A stretch of 64,000 nucleotides of DNA from Candidatus Sumerlaeaceae bacterium (GTDB lineage Bacteria; Sumerlaeota; Sumerlaeia; Sumerlaeales; Sumerlaeaceae), in contig JBPCLP010000019.1 of assembly GCA_051003195.1 (NCBI GenBank), positions 1 to 64,000 of the forward strand, read 5' to 3'. The first letter of the stretch is position 1, and each line of letters starts with the position of its first letter. A model generated the notes under the pieces. It was given only the letters and a program-made list of their open reading frames with translations. It searched no databases and had not been told where the DNA came from. Below are positions 19,680 through 30,135 of the stretch, one piece after another. The translations under genes and the position numbers were made by a program.

Positions 19680-21908
19680 TTATTTGCTACCTGTGACGTC
19701 GGTGGTCAGCTTGTCCATATCCTCAGCGAGTTTTCTCAGGTCCGCTTTTTGACCATCGGTCATATCGACTTCGCTGATCCTGGTCAGCGTTTTGCTGGTC
19801 TCCTGTGGAGCAAACGTCCAAACGTGGGGAGCAAGCTTGAGGATGGCCGCACGCGTCTCCGCGGCAAGCGCTTCAGTGTCTAGCGAAGGCGCAATGAGTT
19901 CGATGATGCCCGGCTGCTTCACTTCTGCCAGGCTGGAGATAACGAGCTTCTTGTCTTCGTCCGTTGCGGCCAGTTCCAGCATCGCACGGGCGAGCTCAAC
20001 GGTTTCAGACGTTTCCCGCTTCGATTCAATGCCCAGCATGCGGGCAGCGCCGCGAAGCGCGAGAACCTTGTGCACCTCCTCGGCGGAGCCGTCGCGCGCA
20101 ATCGCCATGAGATCGTGGATTGGCTCGGCAGTCGGAAAGTCCGCGATCGCGCGGATCACCGTGTCTTTGATCGGCTGGTCTTCTGACGTGAGGAACTCTT
20201 TCAGCGCCCTGTAGGAATTCTCGCCACCCAGCTTTCCGAGCAGTTTAAGGATCGAGATACGTGCTTCGCTACTGGGGGCAGGTTTGATTGCATCGACAAG
20301 AAATGCCGATTGCGATTCTGCAGGCTCGATTTTTCGGACAGCTGCAAGCAGTGCCTTATCCGCTTTCGTGCGCACCGTCTGCGAAGTAATCTGATAGCTC
20401 AGAGCAAGCAAAACCCTGGAGTCCTCCGCCCTGGCCGACTTTGACAGCGCGTTATAACTTTCCGCCTGCAGCGATTCATCCTGCCGTACCTCAGCGTTTT
20501 CCAGCAGAATGGGAACAGCGGCAGTCACCTCCCGGCGTCCAATCGCCTGGATCGCTTCCACAGTCTCGGCTATGGCAGCGCCGGTTACTTCGCGTCCCCC
20601 GTGCGGATCGATAAGACGGATGAGGAAGTCGTCGACCCCGGGGGCTGCAAGCTGATCGATACTGGTGCGCGCCTGCTCAGCGAACTCGTCCTCTTTGTTA
20701 GCAGCGATCTTCAACAGGTCGACGACCACAGATTTATCGCCGACCGTCCCAAGAGCCGCGATAGCTGCCGATCTGGTTGCCGTCGTTTGCGAGGAAAGCA
20801 GTTCGCGCGCCGGGACCATTGCCTCCCTTGCATGCCGTGATTGCGCAATGCCGAGCAGCGCGATTTGCGTTTCAGGTTTCTGTCCTTTAATAGCTGCGGC
20901 AAGTTTCTGGTTCAGCGCCCGATCCTTTGCCGTGGCCAACAGAGTGCCGGCCGCTGAATGCAGGTCGGCATCCCCGCTAAGCAGCGTCTTAAGAGCGACT
21001 TCGGAGGGATTGCGGGAAAGATTGGCGTAGCCGGTGAATGCGAACAGCCGAAACCCGTACGACCCTTTCACCTTCAGCAGACTTTCGTATATCGACCTGG
21101 CCGGCTCGCGATTGCCGTTGGCAGCGAGATTAGCCGCGCATTCAGCCAGCGCCGATCCGACCTGGCCTTTCGCCGTTTCGTCGGCCGCATTAAGGATCGT
21201 GCGAAGCCTGGACGCGGCATCCTGCGTGCCGATTTTGCCGAGAGCATTCATCGCGGCAGAAGCAATGACTGGCGATGAATTCCCGGTATAATCGGCGATG
21301 AACCTGACCGATGCCCCATCTTTGCGTGAACCCAGCGCGTTGATGAGCCCCGCCGTCAAAGTTTCGTTGGTGCTCAATGTAGCCGTTTCGCGGAAGGCTT
21401 TGCTAATGGAGGCGCCGGGAATGGGCGCCAGCGCGTAGCGGGTCATCTCGGCGATCTTCGCGTTGGTGTCCCCCAGGAGAGGGAATAGCCCATGTACGTC
21501 GCTTTCACGGGCGACGTAGGGAATTCGACGGAGCGTCAGTTCGCGCGCGGCGACACTGTATTGCGGATTGGCTGCGACCGCTACCAGCCGGGCGACAAAT
21601 GCGCGCCGGGCGGCTGGCGCGTCGCTGGTTCCGCGCGTCAGGCTGTCGAAGATGGCTGATGCCGGCTCGGTGGTCCCGTAGTCATATCGCTTGAGCGCTG
21701 CCTCAGCGACATCGAAGGCCGCATTCTGTTTTGCAAGCGCACCGGAGTCGAAGGCCTGCGGCTTACGTTTTTTGCCCGGCTTCGCGGTAGCGCTTTTTGG
21801 CAGCGTGTCCCTGGTCTTCTGCACTTCCGAGGTCTGCGCGATCGCCGGCACGCCCAATGCCGCCATCGCGGCAGCGCAACACGTCACAATTGTCAGGTTC
21901 CGTAGCAT
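19680..21908 (-). CDS. Secreted HEAT-repeat protein
   Basis: Signal peptide, repeated ALGxxG/helix pairs (INALGSRKD, MNALGKIGT, IAALGTVGD). Start uncertain (21908 or 21935). Confidence 0.8.
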   Translation of the reverse strand: MLRNLTIVTCCAAAMAALGVPAIAQTSEVQKTRDTLPKSATAKPGKKRKPQAFDSGALAKQNAAFDVAEAALKRYDYGTTEPASAIFDSLTRGTSDAPAARRAFVARLVAVAANPQYSVAARELTLRRIPYVARESDVHGLFPLLGDTNAKIAEMTRYALAPIPGASISKAFRETATLSTNETLTAGLINALGSRKDGASVRFIADYTGNSSPVIASAAMNALGKIGTQDAASRLRTILNAADETAKGQVGSALAECAANLAANGNREPARSIYESLLKVKGSYGFRLFAFTGYANLSRNPSEVALKTLLSGDADLHSAAGTLLATAKDRALNQKLAAAIKGQKPETQIALLGIAQSRHAREAMVPARELLSSQTTATRSAAIAALGTVGDKSVVVDLLKIAANKEDEFAEQARTSIDQLAAPGVDDFLIRLIDPHGGREVTGAAIAETVEAIQAIGRREVTAAVPILLENAEVRQDESLQAESYNALSKSARAEDSRVLLALSYQITSQTVRTKADKALLAAVRKIEPAESQSAFLVDAIKPAPSSEARISILKLLGKLGGENSYRALKEFLTSEDQPIKDTVIRAIADFPTAEPIHDLMAIARDGSAEEVHKVLALRGAARMLGIESKRETSETVELARAMLELAATDEDKKLVISSLAEVKQPGIIELIAPSLDTEALAAETRAAILKLAPHVWTFAPQETSKTLTRISEVDMTDGQKADLRKLAEDMDKLTTDVTGSK

Positions 21909-22152
21909 GAAGCGCTTATCTCTTCTGGCTGTCATTCGGCGTCAAGGATGTCTTTTCGGGCTCGCTTGTCATGTTCCACACACGCTCCCATCGCCTCACT
22001 TGTCGAGCCTATGCGCCGCAGCTCTTACCAAAGCTCGCGGATATGCTTTTCTTTCGTCGGCGGGCAAGCCGGCCCTGCCGCATACGATACGCCTAGACTC
22101 TTCCACGTGGAATAAAGTGTACTTAGGCATCCGATCCAAAAGGAGCATTCAC

Positions 22153-22842
22153 TTGAACCAATCTGTGGGGACACTTATCGTAGCAACGACAATCCTTTGT
22201 GCGTCCGCGGCCGATGCCGCTGGATTCAAGCACGGCGTCGAGGAATTCAAGACGCCCGGGGTATCGACGTTCGTCGCACCCCGGGGCGTGAAAGCAGTAA
22301 TGGTCGAGGTTTGGGGCGCAGGCGGCGGAGGTGGCGCGGGGTTCCCAACCGAATCCCTTACCGGGGCCAGCGGTGGGGGCGGTGGTGGAGGCGGATACGT
22401 TCGGGGATGGATCCCAGTGAAGCAAAAACAATCCTATACCGTAACCGTTGGAACCGGCGGCACCGCAGGAACTCCGGGCGGAACACCCACCGGCGGGGCG
22501 GGTACTTCCAGCGAAATACGCGATGCAGCCAATAACATCCTGGCATCTGCCCCCGGCGGCGGCGGTGCAGGGCCTGCCAGCGCCGGTCAGGGGGGCAGTG
22601 GCGGCACAGGTCCGGTTGTAACTGCTCCAAACTTTCTCACTCGTAATGGGAAGTCCGGATCGGGCGGAACGGTTGATGGAAGTTTTGGGTTTCCTGGGCA
22701 GCCTATCCAGGGCAGCGTTGAAATTCTTGAATCCACTGGGCCTAATCTGCAAAGCGGCGGCGGCGGAACTGGCGGCACCTCCTCCGTCGGGCAAAGCGAT
22801 GGTCGCCCCGGCGGGCGAGGCCACGTAATTATCTCCTGGTAA
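22153..22842 (+). CDS. Secreted glycine-rich domain protein
   Basis: AGGAG RBS at 22141 then TTG 22153, signal peptide, FVAPRGVKAVMVEVWGAGGGGG...GGGGGGY...YTVTVGTGG...GGRGHVIISW. Confidence 0.8.
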   Translation: MNQSVGTLIVATTILCASAADAAGFKHGVEEFKTPGVSTFVAPRGVKAVMVEVWGAGGGGGAGFPTESLTGASGGGGGGGGYVRGWIPVKQKQSYTVTVGTGGTAGTPGGTPTGGAGTSSEIRDAANNILASAPGGGGAGPASAGQGGSGGTGPVVTAPNFLTRNGKSGSGGTVDGSFGFPGQPIQGSVEILESTGPNLQSGGGGTGGTSSVGQSDGRPGGRGHVIISW

Positions 22843-23130
22843 CAATCGCCAACCGGGTTATGTGGCTTCGATCGTGCCACAAAGTCCCGACCACATAAGG
22901 TAAAGATTGCCACTACGGGCCGGGGAAATACCTGGCACCGGGCCGGCACCGGTCTTGGAGTCAGAATGGGGCGTCGACGGCCTGTGCCCAATCCTCGTTG
23001 ATAATCAGCTGGCCCTGCGCATCGACGCTCAACATCACGAGCGTTGCAGGGACGCGATTGCTGAGATAGTGATACTTTCCTGAGTATTCGCTCGTTTCGG
23101 CCATCGCGATGTTTTGCCTCGTTGAGCGAG

Positions 23131-25389
23131 CTATTCGCGTTTCGATGACGGTGGTTCAGGTGCAAAGTCAGAGATTGAAATGTTGCGGAATTCGACCCGG
23201 TCTCCATGTCCTAGGAAGCCGATGTGGCCCCTCACGCGCTTAAGGCCGGGATGCGGCTGCGCGTCGACTGTAGCGGTAGACGTGACATCGTCGAGGTTTA
23301 CGTCCAGGATCTGTTCGCCATTAAGAATGACTTTGATGCGCTTTCCCTGCGCGACGATCTCTTCTGCATTCCATTCGCCGACGGGTTTTTCAAAACCAGG
23401 TTTCGCCGCAGCGACGCCATAGATCCCGCCGTTTAACTGCCACGACTGCAGATGCCGCCATTTTTCATGCGCGTCATCCAGTATCTGGATTTCGATTGCA
23501 TCAAAGGCTGGCGTGCCTTCGAGGGGAGAACGTATCCCGACGCCGTTGTTCGCGCCAGGCGTGAGCTTGTACTCGAATTTGAAGTGAAAGTCCGAGAACT
23601 CTTTTTCGGTAAAAAGGTTTCCATGCGTTTCGTGCGGGCAAACGATGACACCATTTTGCACGGTGTGGCTCGTCGTGGCGCCGGTCCATCCCGAAAGATC
23701 TTTGCCGTTAAACAGCGATACAAAACCGTTTTCATCGGGCCTGGGCGCACCGGACGCTGCATTCCATTCCGGCTTCGCGAGCCTGGACTGCGCCTTTCGC
23801 GCAGGAATCCTGTCCTCCAGAAAATCGCGCTTGATGACGCGACCTGTACGTTGACCCGTGAACTTTCCGGCGTCCCGGATGATTGTCCCGTTTATCAGGA
23901 TGGTGTTGAAACCCTCGGCAAGCTCGAACGGTTGATCGAATGTCGCGAGGTCCCTAACTTGTGCCGGATCGAACACGAGGATATCTGCATAATTACCAGG
24001 CCGAAGTGTTCCGCGACCACGTTTATCCAGGGTGATGGTTTGCGCGGGCAGGCCGCTCATTTTGTGGACTGCCTGCTCGATCGTGAGAGCGCGATCTTCG
24101 TTTACGTATTTTCGGATGACGCGAGCGAAGGAGCCGTAGCCACGCGGGTGACGCATGTCGGGGCTGCCGTCCGTGCAGATGTTTACGCCTGGAGCAACCA
24201 GCAGGCGGCTCTGCAGTTCCTCGTCCATGACGAAGTACGCCGCGCTCCCACGCTTCGGTCCCATGTCCGCAAGCACTTCCGCGTACGGCTTGTTCAGTTC
24301 GGCAGCAACCTGCGCCAGCGTCTTCCCCGCATGCGGTTTGGTGCTGAGCAGCATGGCCCCGGGTCCGTTCCGTTTTGCGACGCGATCGTGCAGATACGCC
24401 ACCAATTCCGCGCGGCGGGTGCGGGTCGTCTCGTCGTAGCTGTTCGGTGGAAGCGCCCACGGTGGAAAAAGGATGCTCAGGCCCGTGTGGCTGGCAGTGT
24501 ACGGATAAATATCGGCGGTGACCGAGACGCCGCTCTGGCGCAGTTCCTCCAGCAGCGTCAAAATTTCTTCGGCGCGCGCAGTACCTTTCCCATACACCGA
24601 TTTCAGATGTGAAATGTGCGCGTGTGCGCCCGCAGAGCGGCATTGTTCCACGAGCTCGCGAATGGAACTGGATAGCTGGTCGTCGTCCTCGTTCCGCATG
24701 TGGCTCATGATGGTAAGCCCTCGCGCACCCACAGGTTTCGCAACAATTGCGAGCTCGTCTGGCTTACTGAACGCACCGGGTTGATACTCCAGTCCTGTGG
24801 TCAGGCCGAATGCGCCCAATTCCAGTGCCTGTTCGACGAGATCGGCCATCTGCTGCAGTTGCAGTGTCGTGGGTTCGGTGGAGAGCCTTACGCCGGATTC
24901 GGTGCGGACCGTTCCGTGACCGACAAAGGTAAGTACGTTGGGCCCGGGCTTGGTCGTGGTGATGTCATTGAACCACTGCTTCATGCCCTGGACGCGGGTG
25001 CTGCTGCCGTCCTGGCCAAGGCAGATTGTCGTCACTCCCATCGCGAGGTAGTTATGCATTTCCGGAGTTTCAGCTGGGTCGCCGTGCGCATGGGTATCGA
25101 TAAAACCCGGGGCGACGATGCGCCCCGCGGCATTGATGACAGTGACACCGGAAGTCGTTTCGCCCGCGAATTTGCCAATGGCGGCAATCCGGTCGCCGCG
25201 CACGAGAACATCGGCGTCGCGAGCCGGTGCACCGGTTCCATCAATGACGTTGCCGTTGCGGATCAGGACGTCGCCCGCCTGAAAAACCGAAGCCGATGAC
25301 TGCGACGCAAAGACGAAGAGTACTCCTGCTGCCAGCAGCAAGGCGTTACTGCGAATCTTCCAACTGCTTTTAAGATTCGCCAGCTTCAA
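23131..25389 (-). CDS. N-acyl-D-amino-acid deacylase-family amidohydrolase fused to C-terminal DUF1080 (3-keto-disaccharide hydrolase-like)
   Basis: VIDGTG, APGFIDTHAH, SHMRNE, HISHLK, CTDG, HPRGYGSF, then SLFNGKDLSGW...NNGVGIR...EIQILD...GEWN...GHIGFLGHG. Start uncertain (TTG 25389 precedes a signal peptide). The frame is open to the upstream transposase. Confidence 0.85.
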   Translation of the reverse strand: MKLANLKSSWKIRSNALLLAAGVLFVFASQSSASVFQAGDVLIRNGNVIDGTGAPARDADVLVRGDRIAAIGKFAGETTSGVTVINAAGRIVAPGFIDTHAHGDPAETPEMHNYLAMGVTTICLGQDGSSTRVQGMKQWFNDITTTKPGPNVLTFVGHGTVRTESGVRLSTEPTTLQLQQMADLVEQALELGAFGLTTGLEYQPGAFSKPDELAIVAKPVGARGLTIMSHMRNEDDDQLSSSIRELVEQCRSAGAHAHISHLKSVYGKGTARAEEILTLLEELRQSGVSVTADIYPYTASHTGLSILFPPWALPPNSYDETTRTRRAELVAYLHDRVAKRNGPGAMLLSTKPHAGKTLAQVAAELNKPYAEVLADMGPKRGSAAYFVMDEELQSRLLVAPGVNICTDGSPDMRHPRGYGSFARVIRKYVNEDRALTIEQAVHKMSGLPAQTITLDKRGRGTLRPGNYADILVFDPAQVRDLATFDQPFELAEGFNTILINGTIIRDAGKFTGQRTGRVIKRDFLEDRIPARKAQSRLAKPEWNAASGAPRPDENGFVSLFNGKDLSGWTGATTSHTVQNGVIVCPHETHGNLFTEKEFSDFHFKFEYKLTPGANNGVGIRSPLEGTPAFDAIEIQILDDAHEKWRHLQSWQLNGGIYGVAAAKPGFEKPVGEWNAEEIVAQGKRIKVILNGEQILDVNLDDVTSTATVDAQPHPGLKRVRGHIGFLGHGDRVEFRNISISDFAPEPPSSKRE

Positions 25390-25399
25390 CCAATCGTAC

Positions 25400-26040
25400 A
25401 CAACTACGGTGCTTTTGTTTGCCACCAGCTTTAGCTGGTGGAACATGGTTGCCGACCAGTTTAAGCACGCTTTAGCGCGCTTGTAAAAAGCTTCAGCAAT
25501 CGCGTCATCGGGCTCAACGCAGGCATTGCCAATTTCCAGAATTGCCCTGGTCGAGCCTTGCGCATGGTGCTCTTTTTGATTTGCCACATAATCCCGAACC
25601 CCGGGCAAATCGCGCTTAGCAAAGCTCACCACGCCATATCCTCGTTGCCAAAGCAACGCTTTGCGCCCGAACCGCTTGTTAAATTCAAAGGAGCTTGCCC
25701 CCTTTATCTTTCCGACAAACTCGCTGACCAGCAGGGTAGGTTCAACTTGCACGACAAGGTGCACATGATCTTCGGTTCCGCCGGAGCAGCAGTAGTACAC
25801 CCCCTGCTGCTCGACACAGTATGCATGAAAGAAATCATGAAGCTGATTTTCCCAGGATTTCCCAATCAGGTTCATGTCATCGGTACAGTGCCAGTTAATA
25901 TGCAGGAATATTTCGCTAAAGCAGTGCGAGGACAAATCGGTATGCTCCTTACAAAGCACGCTAAAGCGCGCTCGAACTTACTGGGCGAAATGCAATCCAC
26001 CAGCTAAAGCTGGTGGCAAACAGAAACACGATAGTCGCTC
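25400..26040. mobile_element. REPtron/IS200-like element: tnpA flanked by inverted REP-like double-hairpin ends
   Basis: tgtttgccaccagctttagctggtgga (25416-25442) is the exact reverse complement of 25996-26022. Second hairpins aagcacgctttagcgcgctt (25463-25482) and aagcacgctaaagcgcgctc (25954-25973). Confidence 0.85.
25490..25935 (-). CDS. tnpA: IS200/IS605-type Y1 (HUH) transposase TnpA / RAYT-like, with no stop codon of its own
   Basis: AAGGAG RBS + TTG 25935, LHINWH, EDHVHL (HUH), KIKGASS, WQRGYG, DYVANQKEHH (catalytic Tyr). End approximate. Confidence 0.88.
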
Positions 26041-26127
26041 GTAGGTTCTGTTGTGCGGCCAGAGATTGCGTTCTGTCATTTTGCCGCCCACTGGTTAATT
26101 GCGATATAGCCTGGATGCACTTGTCGA

Positions 26128-27843
26128 CTATCTAGCCGTCGCAAACGAAGATGCAATCTGTTGTCGAATTGACAACTTCAATCGAGCTGCTTTGCCAGCC
26201 TCCACCAACACCTTCCCACTCGCATTGCCGTGTGGTGTACTTGCGCTGACATTCACTTCACCTGGTACTATGTCGAGAATTGCACACGTGCCTTCAGTGG
26301 TCGTAAGGTAGACGAACTTCCGCCCCGCCAGGGTTACCTGCGCGTCGGTCATCGGCTCGCCCTGCGCATCTGTGACCGTGACGATGACGTGCCCGACCAC
26401 AGGGGACGACTTCCAGGCCATGTCGGGCACCTTCACTTCAGTCGGGTAGATGTACTTCTTGTAAAACTCGCCCGTCCCCGCGCGCCGAATGCTGTTCAAT
26501 GTGAACGGGCAGGTACCCTGCGCACCGATGACATTCGTCGCCACCACTTGGCGGATCATCTCTTCCTTCGAGAAGCCGCTCTGGCCGCCGTAGACGTGCC
26601 GTCCGTTATGGATCGATGACATGAACGTGGCCAGCAGTTCGTCGTAGTCGGGTTTGCGCGCGCCCATGTCCCAGTAGATCATCGGGATGAGCGCATCCAT
26701 CGCGCCGGCGTTGATCCAGCCGACGCTGTCCTGCGCGTAATCCTGCAAGCCCGAGCTCGTCCAGCTGTAGCCAGTATCGTGGTTCTGGCCCTGCGGCAGC
26801 ACGGTGTTATCATAGATGCCCCACACCGCGCCGCTCACCTTTAGCTTTGGTTTAATCTCCATGAAGTGACCATACAGGTCTGTGATAAAGCGTGTGATGT
26901 TTTCCGCCTGCCACTGCGGATAGGGCAAGTTGTTGGGATTGGAAGAGGCGTAGCGGGCCTTGCTCCACTGGTCATCGCTGACCTGAGGACTGGGGAAGCG
27001 GATGCGGTCGTAGTGCACGCCATCAAGGTCGTAACGTTTCACAAGATCGAGAATTACAGTACGCAGGTAAGTCTGTACGTCGGGCAGGTTCGGGTTGAAC
27101 CATTTGTAGCTGTCATTCGGCGCCATGGGCTGGCCGCCTTTGTGAACCAGCCAGTGCGGCGAGCTGTCCGGCATGCAGTACTTGTAGAAGATGTGTTCCT
27201 TGCTGGCCGGGGCAGTGGTGCGCTCCTCGGTGCACGGCATCGGGTTAATATAAGCGTGGAACTCAAGGCCGCGTTTGTGTGCTTCGTCGATCGCGAACTT
27301 GCACGGATCGAAGCCGGGATCCTTGCCGCCGACGAGTTGCGACCACGGCTCAAGCTTGCTGGGGTAGAGAGTAGTGGCGTCGCCGCGTACCTGCCACACG
27401 ATGGCGTTGAGCCGCAGACTTTTGGCGGCGTCCATCAGCTCAACGATCTTTGCCTTGCCAGTCTCGGCGTTGAAGTTTGCGCCGGCGCGTCCAGTCCAGT
27501 CGAAGCGGGTGACCCACGCAGCACGGAATTCAGGGCGGTTGGTGAAAGGCCGTCGCCATTCGATGAGTCCCTTCACGTCGGTCGGCATGGATTGAGTTGC
27601 GCTGGTTGCCCCGCCCAGCTTGCCCGCGGCTGTGGGCCAAACGGTGCCTTCGGGCGGCGGCGGCGTGCGCGGCGCCGGGCGAAGGCGCGGGTCCTCGCCG
27701 CCATCGGCGCGGGAGGCGGTGGTAGTGCGCTCGGTCTGGATCGTCGCAGGTTCCGCAGCTATGGTCGCGGGTTGCTGAGCAGATGAATTGCGGTAGGTGA
27801 GCGCAAGGGTGAGCACGAGGGCGCTCCCTGTTAATTTGTTCAT
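26128..27843 (-). CDS. Glycosyl hydrolase-like 10 (DUF187, YddW/DigH-like) with a C-terminal carboxypeptidase-regulatory-like domain
   Basis: EFRAAWVTR, QVRGDATTLYPS, FDP...AHKRGLEFHAYIN, RYDLDGVHYDRIRFP, QD..GW, PMIYW. Signal peptide. Confidence 0.88.
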   Translation of the reverse strand: MNKLTGSALVLTLALTYRNSSAQQPATIAAEPATIQTERTTTASRADGGEDPRLRPAPRTPPPPEGTVWPTAAGKLGGATSATQSMPTDVKGLIEWRRPFTNRPEFRAAWVTRFDWTGRAGANFNAETGKAKIVELMDAAKSLRLNAIVWQVRGDATTLYPSKLEPWSQLVGGKDPGFDPCKFAIDEAHKRGLEFHAYINPMPCTEERTTAPASKEHIFYKYCMPDSSPHWLVHKGGQPMAPNDSYKWFNPNLPDVQTYLRTVILDLVKRYDLDGVHYDRIRFPSPQVSDDQWSKARYASSNPNNLPYPQWQAENITRFITDLYGHFMEIKPKLKVSGAVWGIYDNTVLPQGQNHDTGYSWTSSGLQDYAQDSVGWINAGAMDALIPMIYWDMGARKPDYDELLATFMSSIHNGRHVYGGQSGFSKEEMIRQVVATNVIGAQGTCPFTLNSIRRAGTGEFYKKYIYPTEVKVPDMAWKSSPVVGHVIVTVTDAQGEPMTDAQVTLAGRKFVYLTTTEGTCAILDIVPGEVNVSASTPHGNASGKVLVEAGKAARLKLSIRQQIASSFATAR

Positions 27844-27986
27844 GCCCAAACGCCGAATCCAGATGTTCCGGAGCGTCAACTGAAAGCATCCACGGATTTC
27901 ACAAATCCAATGCATTATACTAGCTTTTTAGCTCTTGGCGTAAACCGTCAGCGGCGATTTACCACTAAAGCGCCAGGGGCGTGCAT

Positions 27987-29765
27987 ATGAAGCTTTCGGG
28001 CATCGACCAGCTGATTGTCGTTCTATATCTCGCGGTTATCATGATCATTGGTTTCGCGATGAAGCGGCGCGCGGCTGCTGGCATGAACCAGTATTTTCTG
28101 GGTGGCAGGCAGTTGCCCTGGTGGGCGCTTGCGATGTCGGGTTCGTCCTCGTACTTCGATATCACGGGCACCATGTGGATCGTGTCGATGTTCATCCTCA
28201 TGGGCGTAAAGGGCATGTGGATCCACTGGCTGTGGGGATTTCCGATCACCGCATTTTATCTCGCTTACATGGGCAAATGGATCCGCCGCAGTAACGTGCT
28301 GACTGGTGCCGAGTGGATGTACACGCGGTTCGGGACAGGCCGCGCGGGCGATACGGCGCGCCTGGCGTACACGCTGTTTGCGATCCTGACCATTGCGGCA
28401 CTGTTGGGTTACGGCGCGATCGGGATGGGGAAGTTCGGCGCGATCTTCCTTGGCATGAGCGAGTTTAAATCGGCGGCGGTCATCCTGGCGGTCACCGGAT
28501 TGTATGTGGTCGCGGGTGGTTTCCACGGCATTGTGCGTGTGGAGATCATCCAGACCATCGTTCTGAGCGCGGGCGCGATCACTCTGGCAGTCCTTGGTTA
28601 CCGGTCTTTCGATCCGGCGACATTTGCGGCGCGGGTACCGGACGGTTGGGGCGACATCCTGCCGTCGTGGCGCCCACCCGACCTCGCAAGCACCGAGTTC
28701 CAGCTCTTCGGCGCGTTCGTTGCCGTGTGGGTCGCGAAGGGACTGTTGCTGTGTCTCAGCGGACCCGAACAGCTCTATGACTTCCAGCGGTTCCTCGCTG
28801 CGCGGGATGCACGCGACGCGTCGAAGCTCGGTGCTCTTTGGGGCGTGATCCACACCGTGCGGTGGCCGTTCGCGATGGCGATTGCCGTCATGGCGCTTGG
28901 GGATCCAGCCCTGAAGGAATTGCTGGCAACCGACAGCGAGAAGGCACTGCCGGTAATTATCACGCAGTCGCTGCCGGTGGGGCTGGTTGGTTTCATGCTG
29001 GCTGCTTTGCTGTCCGGTTTTCTGGCGACCTTCAGTTCTACGGTAAACGGCGGGGCGGCGTACCTGGTAAAGGACGTATACCAGCGCTATGTAAACCCGG
29101 AGGCGTCCACGCAGACGCTAGTGCGGTGCAGTTACGTGGCTTCGATTCTCCTCATCGCGGTCGGGCTTGCGATATCGCGCTTTGGTAATTCGATTGGCGG
29201 AGCATTCACGTGGATCTTTGGTACGCTTGCCGCCGGCATCCTGCCGCCGAATGTGCTGCGCTGGTACTGGTGGCGGTTGAACGGGCACGGATACGCGGCC
29301 GGTGTGTTTGTCGGCATGGCGTTATCGCTGATCCAGGTGCTCGCGGAAAAATTCTGGATTGCTCCGGTGCCGCTGTACATCGGGTTTCCCGTGATCGCCG
29401 CAATTTCGACATGCGTATGTGTGGTCGTGGCGCTGATGACGCAGCCAACCCCGCGTGACACGCTCGTGAAGTTTTACAGCAACGTGCAGCCGACGGGTGC
29501 GTGGGGTACGGTGCGGGCCGAAGCTGTGCAGCGGGCGGATTTTGTTCCCGACGCGCCGTTCCGCTACGATGCACTCAATACCGTGTTGGCGATGGTGGGG
29601 ATCATCTGCCTTTATGTCGGCACGCTGTATGTGATTCTTCATCGGCATGGAGCTGCGGCGTTGTGTTTTGGGATCACCGCGGTGATGTGCGCGGTCATGT
29701 ACTTTACCTGGTATAAACGGCTGCCTGCTGCAGTGGAACAAGGCGACGCGGGAATGACAGCTTAA
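27987..29765 (+). CDS. Sodium:solute symporter (SSS) family transporter
   Basis: YFLGGRQLPWW, many TM helices, QRFLAARD, LPVGLVG...A..ST. Confidence 0.9.
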   Translation: MKLSGIDQLIVVLYLAVIMIIGFAMKRRAAAGMNQYFLGGRQLPWWALAMSGSSSYFDITGTMWIVSMFILMGVKGMWIHWLWGFPITAFYLAYMGKWIRRSNVLTGAEWMYTRFGTGRAGDTARLAYTLFAILTIAALLGYGAIGMGKFGAIFLGMSEFKSAAVILAVTGLYVVAGGFHGIVRVEIIQTIVLSAGAITLAVLGYRSFDPATFAARVPDGWGDILPSWRPPDLASTEFQLFGAFVAVWVAKGLLLCLSGPEQLYDFQRFLAARDARDASKLGALWGVIHTVRWPFAMAIAVMALGDPALKELLATDSEKALPVIITQSLPVGLVGFMLAALLSGFLATFSSTVNGGAAYLVKDVYQRYVNPEASTQTLVRCSYVASILLIAVGLAISRFGNSIGGAFTWIFGTLAAGILPPNVLRWYWWRLNGHGYAAGVFVGMALSLIQVLAEKFWIAPVPLYIGFPVIAAISTCVCVVVALMTQPTPRDTLVKFYSNVQPTGAWGTVRAEAVQRADFVPDAPFRYDALNTVLAMVGIICLYVGTLYVILHRHGAAALCFGITAVMCAVMYFTWYKRLPAAVEQGDAGMTA

Positions 29766-29778
29766 ACACACAACATTA

Positions 29779-30135
29779 TTATCCGCCGCCGTATGCTTCG
29801 AAGGGATAGCCTGCCATAGTTTCAGTCTCTGCATAAAACGTTCGGTTGCCACCATCAATAATCAATACGCCGTCGCCTTGCTTCATGACACGCTGAGCAT
29901 CTTGCCAAGTCGTTTGCTGAAGCGTGCTGGATCCGGTAAACACGAGACAAGGGTCGCGCAGGCTGTAGGTGGCACTTTGGTCTTTGAATTCTGCCAGAAA
30001 AAGATCCGCCATGCTGTGACAGAGTCGTTCATGTAGCTTCATCGGCTTTTTGCTGATCTCGTGCAAAAATCGTTCTCGAAAAGACTCACGAATGAAACGC
30101 TCGGCGAACGCGCGTAATAGTTCGTCCCGGTTCAT
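29779..30135 (-). CDS. Hypothetical protein (118 aa)
   Basis: MNRDELLRAFAERFI... The ATG overlaps the stop of the DUF4037 gene (ATGA). Confidence 0.7.
   Translation of the reverse strand: MNRDELLRAFAERFIRESFRERFLHEISKKPMKLHERLCHSMADLFLAEFKDQSATYSLRDPCLVFTGSSTLQQTTWQDAQRVMKQGDGVLIIDGGNRTFYAETETMAGYPFEAYGGG

Noticed and set aside
21691..22152. N-terminal extension of the glycine-rich ORF
   Set aside because: Overlaps the HEAT gene antisense. The RBS and signal peptide point to TTG 22153.
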